64,000 nt of DNA from Octopus sinensis (lineage: Eukaryota): contig NC_043000.1 in the NCBI RefSeq assembly GCF_006345805.1, positions 119,722,001-119,786,000 on the forward strand. The letters are read 5' to 3'. This document shows, piece by piece, positions 51,083 through 63,760 of the stretch (the stretch's first letter is position 1; each line of letters opens with the position of its first letter). The position numbers and the translations under genes are program-made. Under the pieces are notes generated by a model. It was not told the origin of the DNA. It made no database searches and saw only the letters and a program-made list of their open reading frames with translations.

Positions 51083-51969
51083 AGAAGATGACAAGAAGAT
51101 AATTAGATAGATGCACGTGCATGGCACGAAATCAATTGCTTGTCTGATTCTCCTCCTCCACCTCCATTTCCTTTCACTGGTAAACCAGACATAAATTTGG
51201 AACAAGATCCTAGTTCTATGAATCCTCTAGATTTTTTTCGACTTTATTTTGATGAATCTCTTTTGGATCTTATATGCCAAAAAAAAATGAACAGAATGGC
51301 TGAGAGTAAAACATCAAATTAGGAGCCTGTTACTCCACCTGAAATGATGATGTTTCTTGGTGTGAAAATGTTGATGGTTATTGTCAAGAAACTAGAGGAG
51401 AAAATGTATTAGGGCAAAGATCCTTTGCTTGAAACACCAATATTTGCAAATACAATGTCATACCGATGTTACAAGAAGATTCGAGAATACTTGCATTTTA
51501 CGAACAATGATTCGTTTGATCAAGAAACTCATCCAAACCCCAAACTTTGCTATATCTACGAAATTTACCCAAGCCTTAGAAGAGAAGTTTCAAAATTTTT
51601 ACAGCCTTGGAAAAAATGTAACAATCGATGAATCTCTCATGCTTTATAAAGGAAGAGTTGCCTGGGTTCAGTTTATTCCAATCAAACGTTCACAATTTGG
51701 AATAAAATATTTTATGCTCTGTGGCTATGTATGGTCTTTTATAATTTATACTCATACTCTTTTACTTGTTTCAGTCATTTGACTGCGGCCAGGCTGGAGC
51801 ACCGCCTTTTAGTCAAGCAAATCGACCCCAAGACTTATTCTTTGTTTCCTAACTTATTCTATCGGTCTCTTTTGCTGAACCGCTAAGCTACGGGGACGTA
51901 AACACACCAGCATCGGTTGTCAAGCGATTTTGGGAGGACACACACAGATACACAAACATATACACACAC

Positions 51970-52003
<34 letters not shown>

Positions 52004-53324
52004 GACAGGCTTCTTTCAGTAAATCCACTCACCAGGCTTTGGTCGGCCCGAGGCTATAGTAGAAGACACTTGCCCAAAATGGCACGCAGTGGGAATGAAC
52101 CCATACTCATGTTGTTGGTAAGCAACCTACTTACCACACAGCCACTCCTATGCCTGTATGTTGGCAAAGGTACTCGTTTTGATCCTGAATTTAGTGACCT
52201 CCCTATTTCTTCACAAGTCGTCATGACCTTGATGAAGCCCTTGCTAAATAAGGGTCATTGCGTGATCATTGACAACTATTATAGCAGCCCCCAATTGGCT
52301 GATCTGTTGATTGCAAATAAAACAGATGTTTATGGAACTTTGCAACTAAATAGAAAAGAGGTCCCAAAGGAATAAAGAAAAGCAAATTGAAGACTGATCA
52401 GGTTAGTGCTTGTCACCAAGGAAAGGTTATGATACTGAAATGGAAGGATAAGAATGAGGTCACGTTTCTTTCGACTATTCATAATCCAGCCCAAGAAGAA
52501 GTTCAGACAAGAAGAGGGGTGAAGAACCAACCAAAAGTTGTCAGTGACTACAATTCTACGATGGGAGGAGTAGATATAGTTGAACAGCATCTTGTCAATT
52601 ATCCCACCATAAGGAAACATGGGAAAAAATATTATAAAAAAGTATTTTTTCATTTGATGGCTTTGGCTATCTGGAATTCTTATGTTTTGTAAACTTTGGA
52701 AACTTCAGCTTCTGTTATGAAACCGTTGAAATTTAGAATGCAAATAATCACCAAGATTATTGAAAAATATAGGCCCTTATTGCCTCCCACGAAACCAGGA
52801 AGACCATCATCAATCCCACATCTAACAAGATTTGCCCCCGCTGGTCACTTTCCCATGGAAATAACACCAAGTGATAAGAAAAAGAACCCTACAAGACAGT
52901 GTGCAAAATGCACAGAGAAGAGAGACGCCAAAGGAAAGAAGATTTGAAGAGAAAGCAGATACATGTGTAATGTCTGCAAGATAACTTTGTGTGTAACTCC
53001 TTGTTTTAAAAATTATCATTCTAAATAAACTGTCTATCTCATTTTTTTATAATTTTCTTTTGACTTAAAAGTAATACATTTTATAAAAAAATCAAAGATT
53101 TTTTTATAAGATAGTTAAGTTATATGTATTTTTTCAATGTCTGAGTTAACTCGTTTAAATCTAAATGAGTAAAAGTACATTTTAATTTCTATCATAAGAA
53201 ATAAAGGAAGCAAGATAAAAAACTTTTTTTTGTAATTAACACAGTGTATATAATTAAAAAAGGAAATTAAAAAAATATGTTCTGAAATGAAACGCCATGT
53301 CAAAATAATTGATCCATTAAGGGG
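51083..53324 (+). mobile_element. Decayed piggyBac (PGBD4-like) transposon, 5'-truncated, with transposase pseudogene ~51083-53028
   Basis: Catalytic-region motifs VTIDESLMLYKGR, IIDNYYSS and YNSTMGGVD; Cys-rich C-terminus CAKC...CNVCKITLCVTPCFKNYH; several stops and frameshifts; 3' TIR atccattaagggg at 53312-53324. Confidence 0.92.
51751..52157 (-). mobile_element. Family A SINE inserted in the piggyBac ORF
   Basis: Interrupts the ...SFIIY|VGKG reading. Confidence 0.9.
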
Positions 53325-53900
53325 CTAAAGTCCATTCTTTGTATGAAAAACAAAAGGACTTACTTCATCCTAAAAAACTGAAATTACTTTCTCGCCAACC
53401 CAATACAATGTGTTTGTGTGTTTGTATGGAAACACTCAGTGATGTATGGTATATCGGTGTGTAAGTGATTGTATAAGTATGAGCTAATGGATGAATGTAT
53501 TTTGCGTAATGGGACAGTTTGGCATGTGCAGAATAACATGTTGAAACTGAATAAGTAAACAGACAACGTGCACATTGCAGCTCATGTCGAAGGTGATAAC
53601 ACACTCATACCGAGCAAATTGAAACCGTCAGCATTTGTTAGTTTCAAAGAAGAAGCCATGGATGTTGTAGCATGGAAATCTAAATTTTGCTTATGGAGAC
53701 AGTAACTGAGTATCGCCTGAGGAGATACATATATATCTTCTTATACAGGTGAATCGTTAAATAATTTAATTTAGACTCAACTTTAAATCCTGTATATACA
53801 AAGATCTGTATGTATCAAACATTTGTAGCGATTAAAAAACTGCCTAACCATACTTATTCTTCCTTTTGACCCTTTTACTTTTTAAATATATGTATATATG

Positions 53901-54259
53901 TATTTGTGAATTAAGGCTACCATTAGTTTTATGTTAAGAAAAGTAGGAAAGCACTTTGGCATCTTAACACTGTTTTAAGCCAATCACATGGAGAAAGGTG
54001 TTCGCCTCCATTTTGGAAAACAGTCTCACTTCATTCATGGGGTTTCTCATAATTTTGCATAAATAAATCAATAAATCAAAGGACATTCATTGTTTTATTT
54101 ATGTGATTTTATGGGAAACCCCATGAACGAAACGAGACTGTTTTCCAAAATGGAGGCAAATACCTTTCTCCATGTGATCAGCTTGAAAAATTGTTCAGAC
54201 ATTAGGATCTTTTACTACTTTTTTAACATGAAACCAATGGTAGCTTTAATTCACAAATA
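53901..54259. repeat. Fold-back element with ~165-bp imperfect inverted arms
   Basis: tatttgtgaattaaggctaccatt... / ...aatggtagctttaattcacaaata; inner atcacatggagaaaggt and gcctccattttggaaaacagtctc are mirrored. Confidence 0.85.
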
Positions 54260-54696
54260 AAGAAATAATATCCATCAATGTGGTGTTGAGCATTCATTTC
54301 CATTGTTCGATGATTATATATATAGTGGAGGCACAGTGGTTAGGGCAGTGGACTTGTGGTCATAGGATCGTGGTTTTGATTCCCAGACCGGGCTTTGTGA
54401 GTGCTTATTGAGCGAAAACATCTAAAAGTGCCATGCGTCTCCAGCAGGGAGTGGTGGAGAATTGTGTTGTATTCTTTCATCACAACTTTCTCTCACTCTT
54501 TCTTCTTGTTTCTGCTGTACCTGTATTTCAATGGGCCAGCCTTGTCACACTCTGTGTCATGCTGAATCTCCCTGGGAACTACGTTAAGGGTACATGTGTC
54601 TGTGGAATGCTCAGCCACTTACACGTTAATTTCACGAGCAGGTTTTTCCGTTGATCGGATCAGCTGGGACCCTTGTCATCGTAACTGACAGTGCCA

Positions 54697-54739
<43 letters not shown>

Positions 54740-54903
54740 TATATATATATGTATGTAGAGGTTGTGAGAGGTAATGGTGTCAGTGAGACCCAAAGGTGTC
54801 AGGTAATGCTGAATAAGTGCTATGGATAGACCATAGTTTGAGTTCCAGGTTTGGTGATTATGTGTATAAGGGGTCCAACTTAGGTCATATATCAGCATGT
54901 GTC

Positions 54904-55127
54904 TATAAAAATTTTTTTTATTTGTAATGAGATAAAATAAAACCCAAGGCAGTGTAGATTTTAGAACATTTATAAATAGAAGGTCTTACAGCTGTTTTGC
55001 TTAACCATCTTCTCACATCGTCTCTGATGAAGGGATATAATAAATATCTTAGAAACAGCTGAAAGACCTATTTATAAATGTTCTACACTGCCTTGGTTTT
55101 TTTATCTCATTACGAAAAAATTTTATA
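54904..55127. mobile_element. Penelope-type remnant with inverted terminal arms enclosing a hammerhead
   Basis: Arms ...ccaaggcagtgtag...ggtcttacagctgttt / aaacagctgaaagacc...ctacactgccttgg... Confidence 0.75.
55020..55067 (+). ncRNA. Minimal type I hammerhead ribozyme, canonical CUGAUGA core, cleavage site mutated in this arm
   Basis: GTCT-CTGATGA-a-GGGATAT aataa ATATCTT-a-GAAAC-AGCT-GAA-AGAC. The inverted arm reads GTA at the cleavage triplet. Confidence 0.7.
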
Positions 55128-55140
55128 TATATGTGTGTGT

Positions 55141-55420
55141 GGAGGCGCAATGGCCCAGTGGTTAGGATCGCGGTTTCGATTCCCAGACCGGGCATTGTGA
55201 GTGTTTATTGAGTGAAAACACCTAAAGCTCCACGAGGCTCTGGCAGAGGGTGGTGGCGATCCCTGCTGCACTCATTTGCCACAACTTTCTCTCACTCTTT
55301 CTTCTGTTGGCCTGCTCACTTAGCCAGCGGGGTGGCGTCATTTGAAGGCTAAAACAATGCGAAGCGCATTGTGACCAGCGATGTGTAGCAACATCTGATA
55401 GCCTGGTTGGTCATGGTGAT
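55141..55420 (+). mobile_element. tRNA-derived SINE family D (related heads near 54327-54697, 28817-29005, 37990-38320, 11615-11820, 46388-46620; tail fragment 56645-56735(-))
   Basis: ggaggcgcaatggcccagtggttagg, ggtttcgattcc B-box, and an RTE-like 3' tail. Confidence 0.8.
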
Positions 55421-55437
55421 ATATATACACACACACA

Positions 55438-55486
<49 letters not shown>

Positions 55487-56288
55487 ACCTATGCCAGCAT
55501 GGAAGGCGGAAGTTAAACGATAATGATGATGATATATATATATATGACAGGCTACTTTCAGTTTCTGTCTACCAAATCCACTCACAAGCTCAAAGCTATT
55601 ATAGAAGACACTTACCCAAGATGCTACTCAGTAGGACTCAACCTGGAACCATGTGGTTGGGCAGCAAGCTTCTTACCACACAGCCACACCTGCACCTATG
55701 AGATACGAACTCTCTTAACTCTACAGAATAGAACTCTGTTACTGAGATATTAAAATATCTGACTCAAAATCTAATTTCTCTTCTTGTCACTCTACATTGT
55801 TTCCTTGACAACATCATAGCCATCTAATCATGATAGCGATGATATATAACCGATATAACTGGCATTAAATTTCCTTGAGAGCAGATATTGATTTTAAAAG
55901 GGTTAACAATGTTTTCATTTTATTTTTAGTTATTTATCTAATTTGGTTTTTTTAATTTTTTTTGTTTGGTGGTTGTTTGATGCTCGGAGCTAGGTGGTCA
56001 ACAGAATATATGTTAACCATTTCTGAGATTCTTGCTTCCAAGGGAATTTACCAAAAATTTATATGTATATATATAGAGAGAAATATAAAAAAAGAGAAAT
56101 TCGGAAAAGTGAAAATTCAAAAGATCTAGTAATAAACTTCAAAGAAATACAAGGAGAATTTTTTTTCTCCACCTTTTTTTTTTGTTGCTTTTAAGAAGCT
56201 TATGTGAAAGAAAAAAAATAAAGTTTTTATTTCTATATTTATTTTGTTGTTATTTGGGTATAAACTTTAAAGAGCTGAATATTTCATG

Positions 56289-56351
<63 letters not shown>

Positions 56352-56481
56352 TATATACATAAGCATATAGTAGCCATGCCATTTCTTTCTACATGCATAC
56401 ATATGTACGTATGTATATATTTATTTATGTATGTATATATATATATATATATACATTTTTTTCTCTCCTTGTTTTTTCTGT

Positions 56482-56523
56482 GTCCCTTTCTGTAGAAGAG
56501 CGTAGGCTTGAAACGTAAAAGAC
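56482..56523 (+). ncRNA. Minimal hammerhead-like motif with variant core (copy 3, best preserved), in a pLTR-like repeat at ~56455-56612 between (TA)n tracts
   Basis: cttt-CTGTAGA-a-GAGC gtag GCTT-GAAAC-GTA-aaag. Confidence 0.65.
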
Positions 56524-56609
56524 TTTTTCTATTCCTGAGCATTATACTAATACATCTGTTTGTTTTGTACACCACCTGTCTTCGTCTTTTGTTTATTTTC
56601 ATAAACTCT

Positions 56610-56648
<39 letters not shown>

Positions 56649-56763
56649 CGTGATCACTGTGACTGACCAGGCTATCAGATGTTGCTACACATTGCTGGTC
56701 ACATGACGTCACCCCGCTGGCTAAGTGAGCAAGCCAATATATATATATATATATTTATACGTA

Positions 56764-56993
56764 AAGGTGGCGAGCTGGCAGAAACGTTAGCACGCCGGGC
56801 GAAATGCGTAGCCGTATTTCGTTTGTCATTATGTTCCGAGTTCAAATTTCGCCGAGGTTGACTTTGCCTTTGATCCTTTCGGGGTTGATAAATTAAGTAC
56901 CAGTTACACACTGGGGTCAATGTAATCGACTTAATCCCTTTGTGTGTCCTTGTTTGTCCCCTCTGTGTTTAGCCCCTTGTGGGTAGTAAAGAA
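56764..56993 (+). mobile_element. Family B (Meta-domain-type) SINE, near full length
   Basis: ggtggcgagctggcagaaacgttagc head; ctttcggggttgataaattaagtaccag domain. Confidence 0.85.
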
Positions 56994-58880
56994 ATATATA
57001 TATATATATATATCTCATCATCATCATCATTTAATGTCTGTTGTCCAACCTGGCATGGATTGGACAGTTTGACTGGGCTGGCACACTGAAAGGCTGTGCC
57101 AGGATCCAGTCTGATTTGGCATGGTTTTCTACGGCAGGATGCCCTTCCTAATGCCAACCACTCTGAGAGTGTAATGGCATTGGTGTCATTTGTGTGAAAA
57201 AAAAAATGAAAGCAATAGAAGAAACACTAGACTTAAAATAAAATATACTGGCATAAATTTGATTGACTCAGATCCTTAATAGGGGGCCCCATCCTGGCTA
57301 CCATTCAGCGACTGAAATAAATAAATTAAAAAAAAAGAATAAAATAATATATTTATTAATGTGGCTCATTTTCATTGATTAATTGTTACATGATGGTATC
57401 TTATATACAGCTCAGTATTTGCATTGAAAGTTAGGTGGTAGGATATGAACTTTGGACCCTTAAACCCATAAATTATCTAGCACTCTATTGTCTTGATAAC
57501 ATACTGACTCCATCCACATCAATGATGAAGGGAATTCCTTATTATTGAGGAAGATCTTAGATGTCCACTTGGTGACAGATAAGATTACCTGTAGAATGTG
57601 CTAGCTTCAAATTCTAATGAATGACACTTGCTGAAGTGAAACCAGGTTGGTGCTATAGATCCCACCTCCCAGTCTGTTTGAATATTTAGTATAGCACCTT
57701 CGTCATCATCATTTAACATCTGGCATGGGTTGGATGGTTTGACAGGGGCAGGTGGGCCGGAGAGCTGCTCCAGGATCCCATTGTCTGTTTTGGCATGGTT
57801 TCTAAGGCTGGATGTCATTCGTAATGCCAACCACTTTACAGAATGTACTGGGTGCTTTTTATGTGACACAAACACTTACATAACACCCAAAACAGGTGCG
57901 GCACCAGCATGGATGTGGCACCAGTAAAGGAAGAATGAAACATAGGATATGAAGTAAGTATACTTGATCTAGCACTGAAATGAAGGTGAATTACCAAAAA
58001 AAATTTTTAAAAACTGTAGTCGAATTTTTTTCTTTTATGAAATCTGTAAAATTTACCCTGTGTTCAACTTAGTTTACAATAGAAAATATATAGGAAAATC
58101 TTAGATTTCCAGCAATTTATTATGTATGTCTTTCCTTGTTATATAAAAAAAGACAGTATTTTCTATAAAATAATTATTTTCTTTTGGTATTTCTGACGTT
58201 TTCCATTGTATTTATTATTTATTCTGATATCAATAGTTTTAGAATTTTCACTCTAGTAATTCTTTTTATAAATCTATTTTGTAGAAAGTTTAAACTCTTA
58301 ATTTGTTAGCTATTCTTTTTTAAATATTTTTTCATTTTTTTCCTTTGTATTTTTTGTTTCCTTCCTATTGAAAAGAAAAAAGTTCCTGGCATCTTATCTT
58401 TTCTCATGTTTCTCTAGCAGTCTATCAAAAAGTAAGACCTGTACGCATCTGTTGGTTTCAGTGGTGTGAATTGCTTAAGGATTTACTTTTCTCCTAGCAA
58501 TTGCACTCAATCACTTTTATCAAAATACACTGAAAATATGCAATATCTTATCACAGAGGCAAGTAATAAATATTCAACTTTTGAATGAAAAAAAAAAAAA
58601 GAAAATCATATTACTTGCCTTTACATTTTGTGTAGAATTATACAAATATTAGAGAACAGCCAAATCCGTTCCTCAAAAGACCTTCTAGGAAGGTGTTATT
58701 TTTCTATCATTTACAATCTCATCCATTATCAAACCAAAAAAAAGTATGAATGTGGGATTAATAATCTGTGTGCGTGCGCACATGTATGTGTATATACGTG
58801 AATACGTATGTACAAACATATGTGCAAGTTTGGTAATACAGACAGGAAAAATAGAACCTGTGCATGTGTGTATATGTGTG

Positions 58881-58926
<46 letters not shown>

Positions 58927-59268
58927 GTAAATATACATAGAAGCTTGAGTCACTTTATAACTTCTGCTGATTGAAAAATATATGTGAATGTATGTGTGCA
59001 TGTTTATACATATACATAGATATGTATATACATGCATGCATACTTATATTACATATATATATATATAATATGTATATATATATATGTGTGTATATATATA
59101 TAATATGTATATGTATATATAATATGTATATGTATATATATATTCGCTATGAGGATACTTGAACCTCCAATAGGGATAGTTTTATCCAAGATATCCTGGT
59201 TTAATATATTATATTATACAGAAATATTTCTTGAACAAATGTATTATAAAACATCAAATATTATTAAT

Positions 59269-59791
59269 AATAAATTTGAAAATGGAGAGATTTAATCGAT
59301 ATAAATTAATTTATAAATTATTTAACATTGCCTACAATTGTTTCACTTCACAGCAGATTAAATTACGAAACGTATATAATGATATAATGCTAACTTATAT
59401 TATTATATATGTTTTGTAATTTAAATTGGGTGCAAAGTGAAACGATTGTAGGTCATCATCATTATCATCCTCGTTTAATGTCTGCTTTCCATGCTAGCAT
59501 GGGTTGGATGATTTTGACTGAGGGCTGGCAAACCAGATGGCTGCACCAGGTTCCAATCTTGATCTGGCAATGTTTCTACAGCTGGATGCCCTTCCTATCA
59601 CCAACCACTCCGAGAGTGTAGTGGGTGCCTTTTACGTGCCACTAGCAAAGGGGCCAGTCAGGCGGTACTGGCAATGACCTTGCTCAAATCTTTTTACACA
59701 TGCCACCAGCACAGGTGCCAGTAAGTCGACAATGTTAAATAATTAATAAATCAATTTATATCCATTGAATCTCTCCATCTTCAGACTTATT
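59269..59791. repeat. Fold-back element (~120-bp arms) whose right arm is split by an RTE 3'-UTR insertion at ~59454-59725
   Basis: atggagagatttaatcgatataaatt...ttatttaacattg is mirrored at 59729-59791; cctacaattgtttcactt is mirrored at 59435-59452. Confidence 0.75.
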
Positions 59792-60565
59792 GTATACTAG
59801 CTTAAAAGCTGCCAGACACACACACACACACACACATAAACACACGTATGTATTAAAGAAAGCCAAAATATAAACCAAAAATGAGTGTTCAGTCGTTGGT
59901 TCAGTATGTTGGCCACAGAAATTTCTGTCCAGGAAAGTTGTACCTCATCTCCCTCTTTCTCTCTCTCTCTCTCTTATTATTACTCCCACTACCTCCATCA
60001 AAACTACTACTTTTAATAAAACATCATCAACTCTCCCTAAATTTCTTTGTCTCTTTTTCACTCACTCTCTTTTACTGTCTTTCTCTCTCTCTGTGTCTTC
60101 ACCACCACCCTCACCACCTCTATGCCTAATATTACTCACACCCCAGCATGAGGAAGTGTTATTGAATAGTAAGAGAGGGGTTAAAATGTGACACACTGAC
60201 ACACAGAAATTAGTTTTCGCATATATTATATTAGCAGATGTTTAATTTTGGGGAAACTCTATTTCAATTAAAGTGTATTTTATATATATATATATGTGTG
60301 TGTGTATACATTAGCAGAGATACCCGGCGTTGCACGAGGTTAAAATGGCATAGTTTTTTTTATTGTTTTACTTGTTTTGGTGATGTGACTGCTGACATGC
60401 TGGAGCACTGATTTTAGTCGAAGAAATCAACCTCAGGATTTATTCTTTGTAAGCCTAGTTCTTATTCTACCGGAGTGTTTTACCAAACGGCTAAGTTATG
60501 TGGACGTAAACACAGCAACATCGGTTGTCAAGTGATGGCTTAGGTACAAAGACACATACACAATT

Positions 60566-60596
<31 letters not shown>

Positions 60597-60611
60597 AATA
60601 TATATATATTT

Positions 60612-60683
<72 letters not shown>

Positions 60684-60732
60684 TACATATATTTACATAC
60701 AAATATAAAATCATACATACATATATGTATAT

Positions 60733-60791
<59 letters not shown>

Positions 60792-61699
60792 TACATGGGT
60801 AAAAATTATTAAATAGATAATTTATACCGGTGGTTCGGATGCATAATAAAAGTCAGAAGACATAGATATTTTTTATATATATGAATTTATACACAGGAGG
60901 AATGGTGGCCTCCTCTCCATGTATAAATTCTTATACACTATTATATATATATGTATATATATACACACAAACACACATGTATAAACATATCCAGAGATAT
61001 TTTGTATACTGACAATTATCATATACTATATAATAGGACAACTGTATTAGTAAAAAATAAATAAAAGGCATTTATTGATTTTTAAGTTCTTGTAATTGTT
61101 TTACTGTATATAGTATCTGTAAGGCATTGGTATAACATTTTATAAGGCCCTGTGTACATATTATTTTATACGGCCCAATTATCCTGCTTTATGAATGGTT
61201 GCACTATTGTCATTACTTAGTCCATTAGTGTGGGATTCCTGCAGTTTTCTTTCTTTAGCGCATCGCTTACTTTCATAATAATTAACCATGTAGTTGCTTT
61301 ATTAGTTTTATGCAATAGCAGTGTTGCACAGCCTGGTTTGTTATGTGAGTGACCAGTGTTACAACAACCTGTTCCTATGCTTTCAACATTCTCAAGAATT
61401 AGCCTTGAATGTCTCGACAGCTTTCAAAAGTATTGATATCTTTAATTTCTTTTCTCATTATCTTCTCTGGCCTCTAGAGATGGGCTTCTTCACAGTTGGC
61501 ATTATCAGGATGGGTGGAGGCTGGTTTTATGATTACTCACACTGTTTTGCCCAATAATCTCCCATAGTGATACATCTGTGTCACTTATCTGTATCAGTAT
61601 TCGTAACCCTCCCCTATAAGGCAGTGAGCTGGCAGAATGTTTCATGCCATTTTATCTAGCCTTACGTTCTGAGTTCAAATTCTTTTGAGGTCGACTTTG

Positions 61700-62159
61700 A
61701 CTTGACTTGAGACAGCATTCACCCGGGGTGGGTTGAGCTGGCTTCATTCATCCCCAATGTTGCATCTCTCACAAACGCCGACCAGGCCTGGTGATTTGAG
61801 GCTAACGGCCACGTGATCTCCAACCACTCCTTATTCCAGCGGCGAACGCCGTAGATATGGGGGCCTAGGTTGGGTTCTAGATCAGCCTTGACTGTTATCA
61901 GCCAGGTTTTTCATTGCCCACCACATCGCTTTCGCCAGCCCTGAAGGGGAGCTGGGGCAATTGCTTCATAGATGAATTCTCCTGGTTGACGACATAGGGC
62001 ATGACCCAGCCAACGCAGACGTCTCGTTAGGATGGCTTGTCGGAGGGAGGTGATTCTGCACTGGTGTCGCACCGAATTGTTAGAGACAAAGTGATGCCAT
62101 CGGACACGAATGATGTGGCATAGATAGAGGTGATCGAAGGATTCTAGTTGCTTAATATC
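61700..62159 (-). mobile_element. 5'-truncated RTE LINE inserted in a family B SINE (61619-62215)
   Basis: Minus strand DIKQLESFDH...RRLRWLGHAL...GWRKRCGGQ*KTW...VKADLE, with a (TCAAG)n tail. Target duplication ggtcgactttg / ggttgactttg. Confidence 0.88.
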
Positions 62160-62320
62160 GGTTGACTTTGCCTTTCATCCTTTCAAGGTTAATAAAATAA
62201 GTACCAGTTGAGCACTTGAAGTTGAAAATCTTTCATTATTTTTCAAGAAAAAATATTGTTTTCCAACAATTTTTCAGTGAAGAAAAAATCCCAACAAAAT
62301 TCCCTTCCTTGATGGTTTAA

Positions 62321-62542
62321 CCCCTTTGTTACTGTATTTATTTTCAGATGCTCTCTGTTTCTTTTAATTAATTCTAAATATAACAAAGAATTTAGTAAAA
62401 TAACTTAGTTGTCATTCAGCCAGTGTAAGGAACATAAATTTTGACTAAGGTTTGGTGGAAGATTTTAATTCAAAACTGATGAAAACAAGACATTTGTACT
62501 ACAGAGCCAGAGCCAGTTTCAGTTGGGTTGGTAACGAAAGGG
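62321..62542. mobile_element. piggyBac-type MITE with TTAA target duplication
   Basis: ttaa|cccctttgttac...gtaacgaaaggg|ttaa. Confidence 0.9.
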
Positions 62543-63319
62543 TTAATTGGTGTTTTTATAAGCAAATACCCTTTTTACTCTTAATGATTGTGATATAACT
62601 GTGATTACCACTTAAGCTTGTTTCAGGGCTTCCATCTATCAACTGCATTCTGTGCTCATCACTTCCGTCTTTTTGCATCTATTTGTCCTGTCCATCTTCT
62701 TTCTGCTTTTGAATTTTCTCACTGTTTCTGTGACTTTTTGGATATTTCTGGCTGGAGATAATATTCTTTCTTCACTCTGCACAACATAACTTCTCAAATC
62801 TGTGTTTAAACTGGCCATATCCAGCCCGAATATTCTACCTGCTTTATATTCAAACCATCCAGATCTGGCCCCTCCCATCTATCCTACAATGTCATTCTAA
62901 AAATAAACAATCACATTTTCAAAATCTCAAAGCTATGTGGTAATACATAATTAATTCAAAATAATATGAATAAATAAGCATTACATTTGAAGGAATAATC
63001 ATAATCAGCGTCATCATTTAATGTCCATTGTCCATGCTGGCATGGGTTGGATGGTTTGACCAGAGCTGCTTCAGGCTGCAGTCTGTTGTGGTATGGTTTC
63101 TACAGCTGGATGCCCTTCCTAACACCAACCACTTTACAGAATGTGCTGGGTGCTTTTGTGTGACACTGCCTGAATGCTTTTATATGGTACTGGCATAGAA
63201 CCCTTTCAGGCTGACCCTCTTCACCAGAGGGATTGGGCTTGACACTTCTGCTATGGAGGCATGGGTCTTCTTGAGTACAGCAAGGTGCCAGGCATCTCGG
63301 ACCTTTGCCATCTCGCCTT

Positions 63320-63760
63320 GCCTCCTTTCCTTCTTGTAAAGTCTATCAATATGACTTAAGGGTGGTATAAATTATGCATTTTAAGTACCCTCCAGGTTCT
63401 TTTATCTAATTCCTGTAGTTCTGTCTTTATCCACTTTAGAAGAGATGCAGAATACTTCAACACAGGTATGGCTCACATATTGATTGACTTGATGACATTA
63501 CTTCCATTCAGTTTTGTTTTGAACACCTTTCTAATCATTCTCTTGTATTCTTTAGAATCTCTCTTTCATTTTTTTTTTTCACACTAACTTATCTTCTTGC
63601 AGCACTCCTAGAAGACATGTATTCTTCATTATCTCTCAGTGATCTAATGATATAATCCTATGATACCATCATATTTAATCTTTCAATTTTACTTCAGAAT
63701 TAGAACTGCACACTTATTCACCCCAAACTGCATGATTTTTTCCAATTCTGATTTATAGTT
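63320..63760 (-). mobile_element. Decayed R4/Dong-like reverse transcriptase fragment
   Basis: Minus strand KTKLNGSNVIKSINI..IPVLKYSA...ELQELDKRTWRVLKMHNLYHP..HIDRLY. Confidence 0.7.

Noticed and set aside
51083-53028. Domesticated PGBD gene
   Set aside because: Multiple stops, frameshifts, a SINE insertion and a retained TIR indicate a dead transposon.
60883-60930. Short hairpins (also 17610-17636, 39297-39325, 18701-18716)
   Set aside because: Stems of about 8-11 bp in AT-rich DNA are near chance expectation.
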